The position numbers were made by a program, and so were the translations under genes. The notes under the pieces are model-generated. The model ran no database searches, was not told where the DNA came from, and saw only the letters and a program-made list of their open reading frames with translations. DNA of 64,000 nucleotides from a virus. Position 1 is the stretch's first letter. Every line of letters begins with the position of its first letter. The DNA lies in IMG/VR virus record IMGVR_UViG_3300012931_000018, positions 23,946-87,945 of that record; one strand, 5' to 3'. This document shows positions 19,611 through 29,818 of this stretch, piece after piece.

Positions 19611-20606
19611 ATGAAAAAGAATCTTAGAGATGCACTCAGAAAAGCATTATCCACAACCGCTGGTTCAGGTGGCGATTTTCTTCCAGCACCTTTAGCTGAT
19701 CAATTTATTCAACATGTTCGGGATAAAAACTTTTTGCGTCAAGCATTTACTACAACAACAATGACGTCAAAAACTAAAGATTATCCGAAAGTTCTTGGTG
19801 GTACAAAAGTTTATTATCAATCCACAGAAGGCGGAACTGCTAATAAGACTACGATGAACACAGGAACAATTCGCTTAACAGCTAAAAAGTTTATGGCTCA
19901 GATTGATATGTCAACAGAAGTTATTGAAGATGCACAAGGCGATATTAAATCGGTTGTTCGTCAACATTTTTCAGATCAATTTGCTGCTGCTGAAGAAGAA
20001 GCAATGTTACAAGGTAATCCAGATCATACACCAACAACTGCAACTGAAGCATCTGCTGATGATACAACATGGTTTAACAAAGATCATCGTTTATCGTTTT
20101 ATGGATTGTTAACCTTATCCGCCGATATAGCTGGAGATATTGCAGATGATACAAGAGCAGCAAACAGAGTTGATGCTGCTGGTAACGATATGTCAACTGC
20201 AATTGCGCGCCAAGCAATGTTCAATATGGGTAAGTATGGACGTGTAATGAGTGATATATTAATGATCTTGAATCCATGGTCAGCTAATCAATTACTTGAT
20301 GATCCAAAATTAGTAACTGCTGAAAAATATGGCCCAAATGCTACAATATTAACAGGTGAATTCGGAAAGTTGTATGGGAAAATTTCTGTAATTAATTCAG
20401 CTTATTGTACAGATACTTATGGAGTTGTAACCCATAGAATGAATCCTTTAATTGGTGATAGACGGTTAATAAAAATTAAAGAGCAAGAATGGATATCGGA
20501 TGATGTTGTTTATTATGTTCTCACAGCACGTTTAGATTTTACAGTTAATTATAAAGGTGCTCTTTGTCAAATTCATACTCTTGATACTGCTTCCACGGAA
20601 TCTTAA
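19611..20606 (+). CDS. Major capsid protein (HK97 fold)
   Basis: GSGGDFLP...FIQHV, LTAKKF...MSTEVIED, EEEAMLQG; strong SD; strong terminator follows. Confidence 0.92.
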   Translation: MKKNLRDALRKALSTTAGSGGDFLPAPLADQFIQHVRDKNFLRQAFTTTTMTSKTKDYPKVLGGTKVYYQSTEGGTANKTTMNTGTIRLTAKKFMAQIDMSTEVIEDAQGDIKSVVRQHFSDQFAAAEEEAMLQGNPDHTPTTATEASADDTTWFNKDHRLSFYGLLTLSADIAGDIADDTRAANRVDAAGNDMSTAIARQAMFNMGKYGRVMSDILMILNPWSANQLLDDPKLVTAEKYGPNATILTGEFGKLYGKISVINSAYCTDTYGVVTHRMNPLIGDRRLIKIKEQEWISDDVVYYVLTARLDFTVNYKGALCQIHTLDTASTES

Positions 20607-20632
20607 TCTCTTATTAATTTGATTAATTTATT

Positions 20633-20667
20633 TATAAGCCGGTAAATAATTTACCGGCTTATATTTT
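20633..20667 (+). terminator. Rho-independent terminator after MCP
   Basis: TATAAGCCGGTAAA-TAA-TTTACCGGCTTATA perfect 14-bp stem followed by TTTT. Confidence 0.8.
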
Positions 20668-20672
20668 AACTA

Positions 20673-21200
20673 ATGAGGATGATGATGAAAAAATATTTTT
20701 ATTTTTTAATTATTTTACTCATCATGGTAATAAAAACCAATGCTCAAAGTCATATGTGCAGACCTATTAGAGCATTTGCATCTATATATACTGTAGAAAA
20801 TTCTATTGTTCAATCAGTGCCAACAGGTTCTACTTATATAAAGGTAACTTGCTATTCTAAAAATGGTAGAAATTTTAATTGTATTGCTGATGTAACTAAT
20901 GATCAAATAATAATATCTGTATCAGGCACATATGATCTTACAAGTAATTTTAGTACAATAGCTTCAACTGCTGGTGTGACATTTACAACTGCTTTATTTG
21001 TAGATGAAACTGAAATTGAAAATATCTATACCAAAAGAAGGTGGGTGAATGCAAATGATAATAGTTCAGCATCAATGAGCTGTCAAATTTATTTAATTGC
21101 AGGTCAAAAAATTACAGCAAGATGTAAACATGATAGTGGTAATTCAGTAGATATCACTGTTATATATGCAAATTTAAGTGTAAATTATATTGGAGAATAA
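20673..21200 (+). CDS. Signal-peptide-bearing C1q/BclA-CTD-like beta-sandwich protein
   Basis: MKKYFYFLIILLIMVIKTNA/Q; IIISVSGTYDLTSNFS and LIAGQKIT jelly-roll pattern. Confidence 0.6.
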   Translation: MRMMMKKYFYFLIILLIMVIKTNAQSHMCRPIRAFASIYTVENSIVQSVPTGSTYIKVTCYSKNGRNFNCIADVTNDQIIISVSGTYDLTSNFSTIASTAGVTFTTALFVDETEIENIYTKRRWVNANDNSSASMSCQIYLIAGQKITARCKHDSGNSVDITVIYANLSVNYIGE

Positions 21201-21762
21201 AATGAAAATATTTAATAAAATTTTTTTAATAATATTGCTTTTATCGGGTATTATTTATTCACAAACTGTTATACCTAAAGATAAAATACATTATAAAATA
21301 CCTGGTGATGGTAGTAATGGAAAATTTTCTATTATGGCATATTATAATCCATCAACAAGTCAATATTATTATTATGAACCTACAGCTATTGGAACTATTA
21401 GTTTACCGGATTCAACAGCCTTACAAATTAGTGATCTTGAATCTTCAATAAATATTTTAAGAAGTTATTTTCATCCATCTGAAAGATATGGTGGTGATGA
21501 TAGTGTTACGGTAACTACTGAGACAGATACAATTCGTGCACCAACAAATACAACAACTTGGTGGAAAATAGATATAACCAACATTTCAAGTTCTATAAAT
21601 TTAGAATGGAGTTTTGATGCAGGGTGGAGTTGGCAAAGGGAAATTTTACCAACTATGTCATTTTATACAGAAGTTGCTTTATCTGTAACTTCTGTTGTTG
21701 TTGTACGTAGGCGTTCAGCATCAGGAACTGGATTGTACGATTATATTACTTTTGGTTATTAA
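21190..21762 (+). CDS. Signal-peptide-bearing beta-rich protein (likely start 21202)
   Basis: MKIFNKIFLIILLLSGIIYS/Q; DST, DSV, DTI sequons. Confidence 0.6.
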   Translation: MENKMKIFNKIFLIILLLSGIIYSQTVIPKDKIHYKIPGDGSNGKFSIMAYYNPSTSQYYYYEPTAIGTISLPDSTALQISDLESSINILRSYFHPSERYGGDDSVTVTTETDTIRAPTNTTTWWKIDITNISSSINLEWSFDAGWSWQREILPTMSFYTEVALSVTSVVVVRRRSASGTGLYDYITFGY

Positions 21763-21765
21763 AAA

Positions 21766-23844
21766 ATGGAGTGTGATATGAAAAAAATAATTTTATTCTT
21801 CTTAATTATAAACTGTGTTTTGATTGCACAATCAAGATGGTCTAATACAAATATCAGTTCGTTATCTCAAGCTACAAATGTTTTATATGTTGATAATAAG
21901 AGAACCGACGTTTATACAGAGGTTGGCACTTATAATTTACCATATAAGACTATCATGGGTGCTATGAATGCTATTACAGGAAATAGTGCAAGCAACAGAT
22001 TTTGCATTAAGATTGCTACTGGAGCTTATTATACTGAAAACATAACAATTAATAAAGATTTTGTAACATTAGAAGGATATGGAGAAACCCTTCTAAGTGG
22101 AACAATAACACTTACAGCTCCACATTTTAGATTAAAGAATCTTAAAACAACAGGTGTAGTTACAGGTACATATACTTCAGCATTTCTTGCTGAAATTTCT
22201 GATTGTTCAGTATCAACTGGAAAGTGGACGGTATCTTGTAGTGTTACTGGCGCTTATGTGCAGATAAGTGGAGGTACTACATTATGGACATCTGATATAG
22301 ATTTATCAGGAGTAACTGGTGTAGTGTCTTGTCAGAGTGGATACTTTGAAGGAACACATACTTTCACAAATTGTTATATGGAAATAATAGGTTTTGAAAA
22401 TTATAATGGGGTTATAAATCTTGAAACTGGTACCGAAATTCATATTGGAGCTTCACTTTGTATAGGAACGACAGTTAACCTTAAAACTGGAGCTACAGCT
22501 TATATAGATGCGACATCAGCCAGTGGAATAACACTTAACAATACAGGTGGTACTTTAGTACTAACTACAGAATCAAACAATATAAACTATGATAATACAA
22601 CAAGTGGCATGACCGCTTCCAATGTAAAAACAGCAATAGATGAATTAAAAACTGAGCTAATAGGAGCTGGAGGAAATTTTGAGCTAATAACAATGACGGG
22701 AAGAAGTATCCTATATGGAGTAGAAGGCACTACCTATAGACCCTTTGCTTCTTATGGTACAACTATTTTTTACGTTGATGGAATTAATGGAACTGATGAT
22801 TTAGAGCATGGTTACGGAACAGGAACATCAGCTTTTGCTACCGTGCAATATGCGGTAGATCAAATACCTGCTTTATGCTATGGAAATGTATATATATACC
22901 TTGCATCAGGTCAAGCATTTGCTGAAAATGTAGTTATACAAGGTAAACAGGTAATAGGGGATTATAATATATATATATCAGGTACTACAACTACTTTGAC
23001 TACAGGTACAACTACTTCTGGTAGTGTTGCTGGTACAGGAAGTACGTTGGGAACTTTAGTAAATAATGCAAGTACTTGGACAGCAAGTGCCTATACATAC
23101 CAATATGTCAAAATAACCAGTGGTGCTTTAAGTGGTCAAATAAGAATGATTAAAGATAACACAGCAAGCACTTTAAGTATACTTGGAGGTTGGGCTACCG
23201 CTCCTGTAAGTGATGTAACTTTTGATATATTGTCAGGCTCTTCAACTAATAATCCACGGTTAAATTCTCTTACTATGAAAGGACAACAGAATGTAATAGT
23301 GGAATTTGTTGCCTTTATTTCAGACACTTCTGGTGTATCAATATGGGGAGAAGCAAACTCACAATCAACAATTAGATATTGCTTTCTTCCTGGCTGTGTA
23401 CTAACTACAGCATGTAAAATGGCTATAATTTCTTGTAATAGTATTGCCTGCACTACAGGTAATGGAGGCATGACAGTAGATTGTTATTCCGGATTAAACA
23501 CTTGGTTTAGGACTTCACGTATTGATATAAAATCTTGTTGGTTTAGAACACTTTTTACAACACAAGTAGGAATAATAAATTTTGACCATTGTTCTGCAGG
23601 TTTTATCTTTGGCAATACTGAAATTACAGGAAATACTTCTGGAGCGTATGCTCCAAGGGGTGTATGGATTGGTAATAATTCATTAGTAGATTTTGAAGGT
23701 ACTAATTATAATATCATAGAGTATCTTACAGTAGGCGTATATGCTACACATGGTGGGGTGGGTTCACCTATAGCTTACAATACATATACAAGTTGCACTA
23801 CAAATAACTCAGCCAATACTACATCTTATGGTTACATAGATTAA
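21766..23844 (+). CDS. Signal-peptide-bearing spike/fibre protein with two beta-helix-like regions (likely start 21778)
   Basis: MKKIILFFLIINCVLIA/Q; beta-helix caps YVD...PYKTI..A and YVDG.NG.D...AFATVQ.A; fibre-type motif YDNTTSGMTASNVKTAIDEL. Confidence 0.7.
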   Translation: MECDMKKIILFFLIINCVLIAQSRWSNTNISSLSQATNVLYVDNKRTDVYTEVGTYNLPYKTIMGAMNAITGNSASNRFCIKIATGAYYTENITINKDFVTLEGYGETLLSGTITLTAPHFRLKNLKTTGVVTGTYTSAFLAEISDCSVSTGKWTVSCSVTGAYVQISGGTTLWTSDIDLSGVTGVVSCQSGYFEGTHTFTNCYMEIIGFENYNGVINLETGTEIHIGASLCIGTTVNLKTGATAYIDATSASGITLNNTGGTLVLTTESNNINYDNTTSGMTASNVKTAIDELKTELIGAGGNFELITMTGRSILYGVEGTTYRPFASYGTTIFYVDGINGTDDLEHGYGTGTSAFATVQYAVDQIPALCYGNVYIYLASGQAFAENVVIQGKQVIGDYNIYISGTTTTLTTGTTTSGSVAGTGSTLGTLVNNASTWTASAYTYQYVKITSGALSGQIRMIKDNTASTLSILGGWATAPVSDVTFDILSGSSTNNPRLNSLTMKGQQNVIVEFVAFISDTSGVSIWGEANSQSTIRYCFLPGCVLTTACKMAIISCNSIACTTGNGGMTVDCYSGLNTWFRTSRIDIKSCWFRTLFTTQVGIINFDHCSAGFIFGNTEITGNTSGAYAPRGVWIGNNSLVDFEGTNYNIIEYLTVGVYATHGGVGSPIAYNTYTSCTTNNSANTTSYGYID

Positions 23845-23919
23845 TAATACACTACTCAATAATATTCTAATATGGGAAATTAATTAACCCAATAAACAAT
23901 TTTTATTAATGGGGTTTAT

Positions 23920-24210
23920 ATGGATATGGAAAAAGAAGTCAAAGATTTAAAAGACAGTGTTCAAACTCTTAGAGATAATGTTCATATTTTACTTGGACGT
24001 AATAATGATTTTATAATTAAAGTAATTAATGGTAAAACAGATGAACGTCTTGCATCAGAACTTATTGGTGAAATGTATCTTGCTATTAAAGAACTGAAGA
24101 AAGAAACACCAAAAAAAATATGGTCTAATTTTGGAGCTTCTTTAATGCCGTTGGTTCAATTATTAACATTAATTGGTTTATTAATAACAATGTTCAAAGT
24201 TTTTTCTTAA
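23920..24210 (+). CDS. Small coiled-coil protein with C-terminal TM (holin-like)
   Basis: Coiled-coil N-terminus, hydrophobic C-terminus. Confidence 0.5.
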   Translation: MDMEKEVKDLKDSVQTLRDNVHILLGRNNDFIIKVINGKTDERLASELIGEMYLAIKELKKETPKKIWSNFGASLMPLVQLLTLIGLLITMFKVFS

Positions 24211-24225
24211 AAAAGGAGGAATCTT

Positions 24226-24537
24226 ATGTCTATTTCAAATGCAAGATTAAGAGCTATTGCTGATTATGAAAGTTCAGGTAATGGCAGTTGGTACATTCTT
24301 TTTAAAGATGGTGCAGAATTAGAATATTACCTGGCAGGTAGTGCAATGAATCCTAATGGTGTAGCAGGTTAGTGGTTCACAGCAGCAAATGAATATGATT
24401 CAGTTTTCTATCCAGATAATGGAAGCCAAACAACTATGTGGTCAAATGATTCATATCCTTATAGTTGTGTTTCTGTTAATGGTGGTGTTAGTGGGTATCC
24501 AATTAATTCTAAATACCATTTCCCAACAACTCCGTAA
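24226..24537 (+). pseudogene. 103-codon gene interrupted by one in-frame TAG (pseudogene or readthrough)
   Basis: SD AGGAGGA, ATG 24226, TAG 24370-24372, frame stays open to TAA 24535-24537, then a terminator. Confidence 0.7.
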
Positions 24538-24548
24538 ATAATATTTTT

Positions 24549-24580
24549 AAATGGTGATAAAATTTTATCACCGTTTTTAT
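24549..24580 (+). terminator. Rho-independent terminator
   Basis: GGTGATAAAATTTTATCACC palindrome followed by GTTTTTATTT. Confidence 0.75.
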
Positions 24581-24606
24581 TTATATAAATAACACAGGAA
24601 AATAAA

Positions 24607-26730
24607 ATGGACACAGGAAAAAAAATTCTTAATGAAAAAAAAGAACATCAAACTAAAACTATATCCATAAGAAGTGATGAAAAATATATTCATCTAACTA
24701 TTAATAAAGAATTTTTAACCACAAAAAATAATTTTGAAATTTATCAAAGCATAATGCTTGCAACATCTCCAATATTTACTAATGAAAATAAAGTCTTATT
24801 TAATAATAGAATAACTGCGGTTCCAAATAAATCTATTACCAAAAAATTATTCCCTCATATAGCATTTTTTATAGAAAATAAATCTCATTATACAGGTGGT
24901 AGATATTCAATGTGGCAACAAGCTGTATTGCTTTCTAATGTTGCTGATGTCACTATTGTAACAAATGCAATTCCAAAATTTAGAGATGATTTTAAACCAT
25001 ATGAAACTGATTTTTTAAAAATCATTGTTAACAATAATTATTTGATTGATAATGAAAATAATGAATTTGATTTGATAATAGGCGTTCCGATAATAGCTGG
25101 TGAATTTGCAACTCAATATGCAAAGAAATTTAATTTACCATTATATCTTCAATTATTTGAAAGTCCAAATTGGGTCAAACAATTTAGAGATTCATCACCT
25201 GATGCTACTGAAGAATTTTGGTCAGGATATAAAGAATGTTTAAAACAAGCTGATAAAATTTTAGTTCCAAGTATTGAAAGTTCAAATTGGTTAAGAAAAT
25301 GGGATGAAAAATTTAATGATATTCCTATATCTGTTATTTATCCTTGCATAAATCAATTTGCTGCTGATTATGTTAAACTTAATTATGGAAGTAAAAGATG
25401 TAAAAATGAAAAAGTTAATCTTGTGATGTCATCAAGAATGACTGATTTCAAATCACCTATGGCAATAATAAAAAAACTCAACAAAGATAAATATGCTTTT
25501 CATTTTATAGGAAAAGTTTGGGATATAACTAATAAAGGTTTGGAAGAACTGAAAAATAAAGGATATGATATAACAGTACATGGAATGATTAATGATGTGG
25601 AAAAATTCAAAATATTAGCAGATTGTGATATCCTTATCCACCCGTCTATTTTTGAAGGTTATGGTATGCCACCGCTTGAGGGTTTTTACGCTAATAGAAG
25701 CGTTATAGCGTATGATTTACCCGTTTTGAGGGAAATATACGGGGATAATATAATTTACGCTAAATTAGGTGATGCTAATGATTTTGCAAATAAAATAGAA
25801 AAAGAAAGTGAAAAAATAAAAAATAATGGATGTTATTATGCTGATAGCAATGTAATTAAATATGCAACAGTCAAATATAATTTAAGTTGTTTAATGACTG
25901 AACTTGATATTCCTAAAATAACTGCCGGTATGATTGTTTATAATGGAATGGATTATATAAAGCAATCAATAGGTTCTATTTATAAAAATTTATTTGAATT
26001 GATTATTGTTGAAGGTGCTGTTAAAGGTTATACTGATGAAAATAATTATACAAGTGCTGATGGAACTATTAAATATTTAGAAGAATCTTTATTAAATGAT
26101 CATATTCATAAAATAAATCTTATCAAGAAAGATAAATTTTGGGAAAATAAAATTGAAATGCAAAATCATATTGCTGAAAATGTAAATGGTGATTTTTATC
26201 TTAAACTTGATCATGATGAAATTTGGAAACCGGAAACTTTAATTGAAGCTATTAATGAATTTTATAAAGATAAAAATTTAATAATGCTTAAAATGCCATT
26301 TTATCATTTTTGGCTTAACTTCAAAACAATAGCTAAAGATGCTGGTGGTAAATGGTCAACTTGCCACCCAAGACTTTGGAGATGGAAAAAAAGTTATAAG
26401 CATACAATTAGTTTTAATCATTTCATAGATACTGAAAATGGTTTACCAGTTATATCTCCATCAAAAGATTTTATTGGAGATCGAATTTATCATTTTGGTT
26501 ATGTAAGAAAATTAAAAATATTGCAAAATAAAATTCATTATTATTCAAATCGTGGAATTGAAAAATTTGTTCAAGATACAGTTACAGATTATTCTGATGG
26601 TAAACCTACTCAACCAACACAAAAAGTAGAATCATGGGCAATTGATTTTGAAGGAACACTTCCAAAAATATTAGATAATCACCCATATAAATCTTTATTA
26701 GACATTAGAAAATATCAAGATGAGGAATAG
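24607..26730 (+). CDS. Two-domain glycosyltransferase (GT4/GT-B fused to GT2/GT-A)
   Basis: HPSIFEGYGMPPLEG...YDLPVLREI (GT4); ITAGMIVYN...IIVEG...LKLDHDE (GT-A DxD). Confidence 0.88.
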   Translation: MDTGKKILNEKKEHQTKTISIRSDEKYIHLTINKEFLTTKNNFEIYQSIMLATSPIFTNENKVLFNNRITAVPNKSITKKLFPHIAFFIENKSHYTGGRYSMWQQAVLLSNVADVTIVTNAIPKFRDDFKPYETDFLKIIVNNNYLIDNENNEFDLIIGVPIIAGEFATQYAKKFNLPLYLQLFESPNWVKQFRDSSPDATEEFWSGYKECLKQADKILVPSIESSNWLRKWDEKFNDIPISVIYPCINQFAADYVKLNYGSKRCKNEKVNLVMSSRMTDFKSPMAIIKKLNKDKYAFHFIGKVWDITNKGLEELKNKGYDITVHGMINDVEKFKILADCDILIHPSIFEGYGMPPLEGFYANRSVIAYDLPVLREIYGDNIIYAKLGDANDFANKIEKESEKIKNNGCYYADSNVIKYATVKYNLSCLMTELDIPKITAGMIVYNGMDYIKQSIGSIYKNLFELIIVEGAVKGYTDENNYTSADGTIKYLEESLLNDHIHKINLIKKDKFWENKIEMQNHIAENVNGDFYLKLDHDEIWKPETLIEAINEFYKDKNLIMLKMPFYHFWLNFKTIAKDAGGKWSTCHPRLWRWKKSYKHTISFNHFIDTENGLPVISPSKDFIGDRIYHFGYVRKLKILQNKIHYYSNRGIEKFVQDTVTDYSDGKPTQPTQKVESWAIDFEGTLPKILDNHPYKSLLDIRKYQDEE

Positions 26731-28419
26731 ATGGATAACTTAAATTCAAAAAATATTCTTAATGGAAGACCTAAATATATTGAAAATATTGAAAATGATA
26801 TTGAATCGTTTACAGGCAATATAAATTTATTCATTTCATGGTATAATGAAAAAGATGAAAATAGAAAAAAAGAATTTATTAATTGTTTGTTAAAAAATAT
26901 TTCAAATCGATATATAAACAAAATATATTTATTTGTTGAAAATAATTGTGAATGTGATTTTATAGAAGATAAAATTGAAAAAATATTTATCGATAAAAGA
27001 ATAACATATTTAGATGCCTTTACATTTATAAATTCAATAACAAATAAAAATGATATTAATATTTTATCTAATACTGATATTTATTTCGATGAAACTATAA
27101 AATTTGTATTTAACAAAATTGATTCTAATAAAGTTTTTTGTTTAACAAGATGGGATATATTATCTAATGGTAAAATTGAATTTCACAATAGGCGTGATAG
27201 TCAAGATGCTTGGATATTTTATGGGAGTATAAAAAATAATATTCAATGCAATTTTAATTTAGGAATTCCTGGATGTGATAATAAGATAGCATATGAATTA
27301 GAAAAATCTGGATATTCTATTTTTAATCCAAGTTTATCTATTAAAATATTGCATATCCATACAAGTAATATAAGAAATTATTCAAATAACACTCCAAAAC
27401 TTTCAAGACCTTATCAGTTTATTTCACCTTGTACAATTGATTCTATAAAAAGTAATAGAAAAAAGATATTGCATATAGGTCTGAATTTTGAAGGTCAACA
27501 AACTTTGACTAAAGCACTTAAAATGATGGGTGAATATATTTATATAAATTGGAGAAAAAAAGTTGATGAAATAGGTATTATAAATTTTAATAAATTTTTA
27601 ATTCAAGCTATTAGAAATATAGAACCTGATTTTGTTTTTATGCAAATACAAACGCCGGATATAATATTACCAGCATCAATAATCAAAATAAATGAATTTA
27701 ATAAAGTTCCAATATTAAATTGGAATGGAGATATCAGAAAACAAACTCCATTATGGATGTTAGAATTGGCAAAAGTAAGTGATAATATTCATACAGCTTT
27801 TACAAATGGTAGGGATATTAAAACATTCAAAATGAATGGCATTAATAATGTTCATTATATACAAATTGGTTTCGAAGAAAATATTTATAATGCTGATGTT
27901 AAGCCAATGCAAAATGTACCAAAAATAATTTTTACTGGTTCATATTATGGTGATCATTTTCCTTTATCTGAATTAAGATTAGAAATGTTTAATAAATTGA
28001 AAAGTTCATTTGGTTCTAATTTTATGGCATATGGTGGAAATTGGAAAAAAATGGGTGGTAACGATTCTTTGACTCCAAAAGATACTGCATCATTATATAA
28101 AGGTGCAGAAATAATAATATCCGTTAATAATATAAATGCTTTCAGATATACATCGGATAGATTGCTTAATATACTTGGAACAAATTCATTTTGTTTGGCT
28201 AATTATGTGGATGGTTTGAATTTGGATTTTCAAAATAATAAGCATTTAGTTTATTGGAATAATATTGATGAACTTATTGATTTGATAAAAGAATATTCTA
28301 AAAGTGAAAATAAAAATAAAAGACAAGAAATTGCATACAATGGTATGACTGAAGTTTGGTCAAATCATAGATGGCTTAATCGTATTGAACAAATGAAAAC
28401 TGAAATATTGAAATGGTAA
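26731..28419 (+). CDS. Two-domain glycosyltransferase (GT-A-like N-domain plus CgeB-like GT-B C-domain)
   Basis: LSNTDIYFD, SQDAWIF, GCDNKIA; C-terminal YTSDRLLNILG...HRWLNRIEQ. Confidence 0.8.
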   Translation: MDNLNSKNILNGRPKYIENIENDIESFTGNINLFISWYNEKDENRKKEFINCLLKNISNRYINKIYLFVENNCECDFIEDKIEKIFIDKRITYLDAFTFINSITNKNDINILSNTDIYFDETIKFVFNKIDSNKVFCLTRWDILSNGKIEFHNRRDSQDAWIFYGSIKNNIQCNFNLGIPGCDNKIAYELEKSGYSIFNPSLSIKILHIHTSNIRNYSNNTPKLSRPYQFISPCTIDSIKSNRKKILHIGLNFEGQQTLTKALKMMGEYIYINWRKKVDEIGIINFNKFLIQAIRNIEPDFVFMQIQTPDIILPASIIKINEFNKVPILNWNGDIRKQTPLWMLELAKVSDNIHTAFTNGRDIKTFKMNGINNVHYIQIGFEENIYNADVKPMQNVPKIIFTGSYYGDHFPLSELRLEMFNKLKSSFGSNFMAYGGNWKKMGGNDSLTPKDTASLYKGAEIIISVNNINAFRYTSDRLLNILGTNSFCLANYVDGLNLDFQNNKHLVYWNNIDELIDLIKEYSKSENKNKRQEIAYNGMTEVWSNHRWLNRIEQMKTEILKW

Positions 28420-29225
28420 ATTATAGGAAAATTGTTATGAATGAAAATAGAATAAATGTGTTTCATCATCAATCACCTAACTTTGGTGATTATATTGCTT
28501 TGGAAATAGTTAAAAGATTAAGTGGCAAGAATGTGAAAAGTATAAATCAAAATGATTCTGAATTTATGCAAGAACACTATGTAACAACAGGAAGTATATT
28601 AACTCAAATAAATGAACATTCGATAGTATGGGGCACTGGATTAGCATTTTATTCAGATAAATTTATCAAAGCAAAAGAATTTCGTGCAGTCAGAGGTAAA
28701 CTATCATTAATAAAAGTAAATGAATTAGGAATTGCTTGTCAAGTATGTGGTGACCCTGTTTTATTAACGCCGGAACTTTATAAAATATCTAAAATAGAAA
28801 CAAGATATAAACTTGGTATAATACCACATTGGATAGATTATTATTCAGCAATGCTTGCATATAGAGATTGTGATGATGTATTAATAATTGATATTCTTAA
28901 AAAGCCGGAATTGATAATTGAAGATTTATTAACTTGTGAAAAAACAATATCAAGTTCATTACATGGTATTATTTTATCTCATTCATATGGCATACCTTGT
29001 CTTTGGGTAAAATTTTCAGATAAAATAATAGGTGATGATTTTAAATATCATGATTATTTTACATCTGTTAATATTCCTATTTATAATGCTTTAGATTTGA
29101 CACTTAAACAACCAATTGAAAATATAATATCTAAAATAATTAATTATGATATAGTTTTCAATAAAAAAGAATTTTTAATGTCATGTCCATTTTTATCTGA
29201 TGAATGGAAAAACAAAATAAAATAA
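28413..29225 (+). CDS. Polysaccharide pyruvyl transferase (ExoV-like)
   Basis: NFGDY, TGSIL, VWGTG, AVRGKLS, GDPVLL, GIIPH, SSSLHGII.SHSYGIP, FKYHDY. Confidence 0.88.
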   Translation: MVNYRKIVMNENRINVFHHQSPNFGDYIALEIVKRLSGKNVKSINQNDSEFMQEHYVTTGSILTQINEHSIVWGTGLAFYSDKFIKAKEFRAVRGKLSLIKVNELGIACQVCGDPVLLTPELYKISKIETRYKLGIIPHWIDYYSAMLAYRDCDDVLIIDILKKPELIIEDLLTCEKTISSSLHGIILSHSYGIPCLWVKFSDKIIGDDFKYHDYFTSVNIPIYNALDLTLKQPIENIISKIINYDIVFNKKEFLMSCPFLSDEWKNKIK

Positions 29226-29226
29226 C

Positions 29227-29817
29227 TTGGAGAATATTATGGATGCTTTTAACAGAGATTCATTTATTAAAAAAGAATTAGGAACATTGATTGGAAAATT
29301 TGGAATAAAAACTATAATAGAAACCGGAACATATCTTGGTCAAACTACTGAGGAATTTTCAAAAATTGTTGATAATGTTTTAACAATAGAAATTAATGAA
29401 AGTTATTATGCATCATCTAAAAGCAAATTAAAAAAATATCCTAATGTTAAATGTTTGCTTGGCAGTTCACCAAATAAAATGTCAGAAATATTAAGTGCAT
29501 CTGAATTAAACAAACCTGTTTTATTTTATCTTGATGCACATTGGGGAAACTATAATCCATTAATTGATGAATTAAAAAGAATTTCATTGCATAAAATGAA
29601 GTGTTCAGTAATAGCAATTCATGATTTTAAAGTTCCTAATAAAGATTTTGGTTATGATAATTTCCCAAATGGTGAACCATATTCTTTTGAAATTATTAAA
29701 AGTGAGATTGAAAATATCTATGGTAAAGATGGATATGAATATAAATATAATGATGTAGCAGAAGGTGCTTGTAGAGGAATAATTTATATTTATCCAAAAA
29801 AAATAAGGATATATTGA
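29227..29817 (+). CDS. Class I SAM-dependent methyltransferase (likely start 29239)
   Basis: IETGTYLGQT, TIEIN, LGSS, LFYLDAH, IAIHD. Confidence 0.8.
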   Translation: MENIMDAFNRDSFIKKELGTLIGKFGIKTIIETGTYLGQTTEEFSKIVDNVLTIEINESYYASSKSKLKKYPNVKCLLGSSPNKMSEILSASELNKPVLFYLDAHWGNYNPLIDELKRISLHKMKCSVIAIHDFKVPNKDFGYDNFPNGEPYSFEIIKSEIENIYGKDGYEYKYNDVAEGACRGIIYIYPKKIRIY

Positions 29818-29818
29818 A

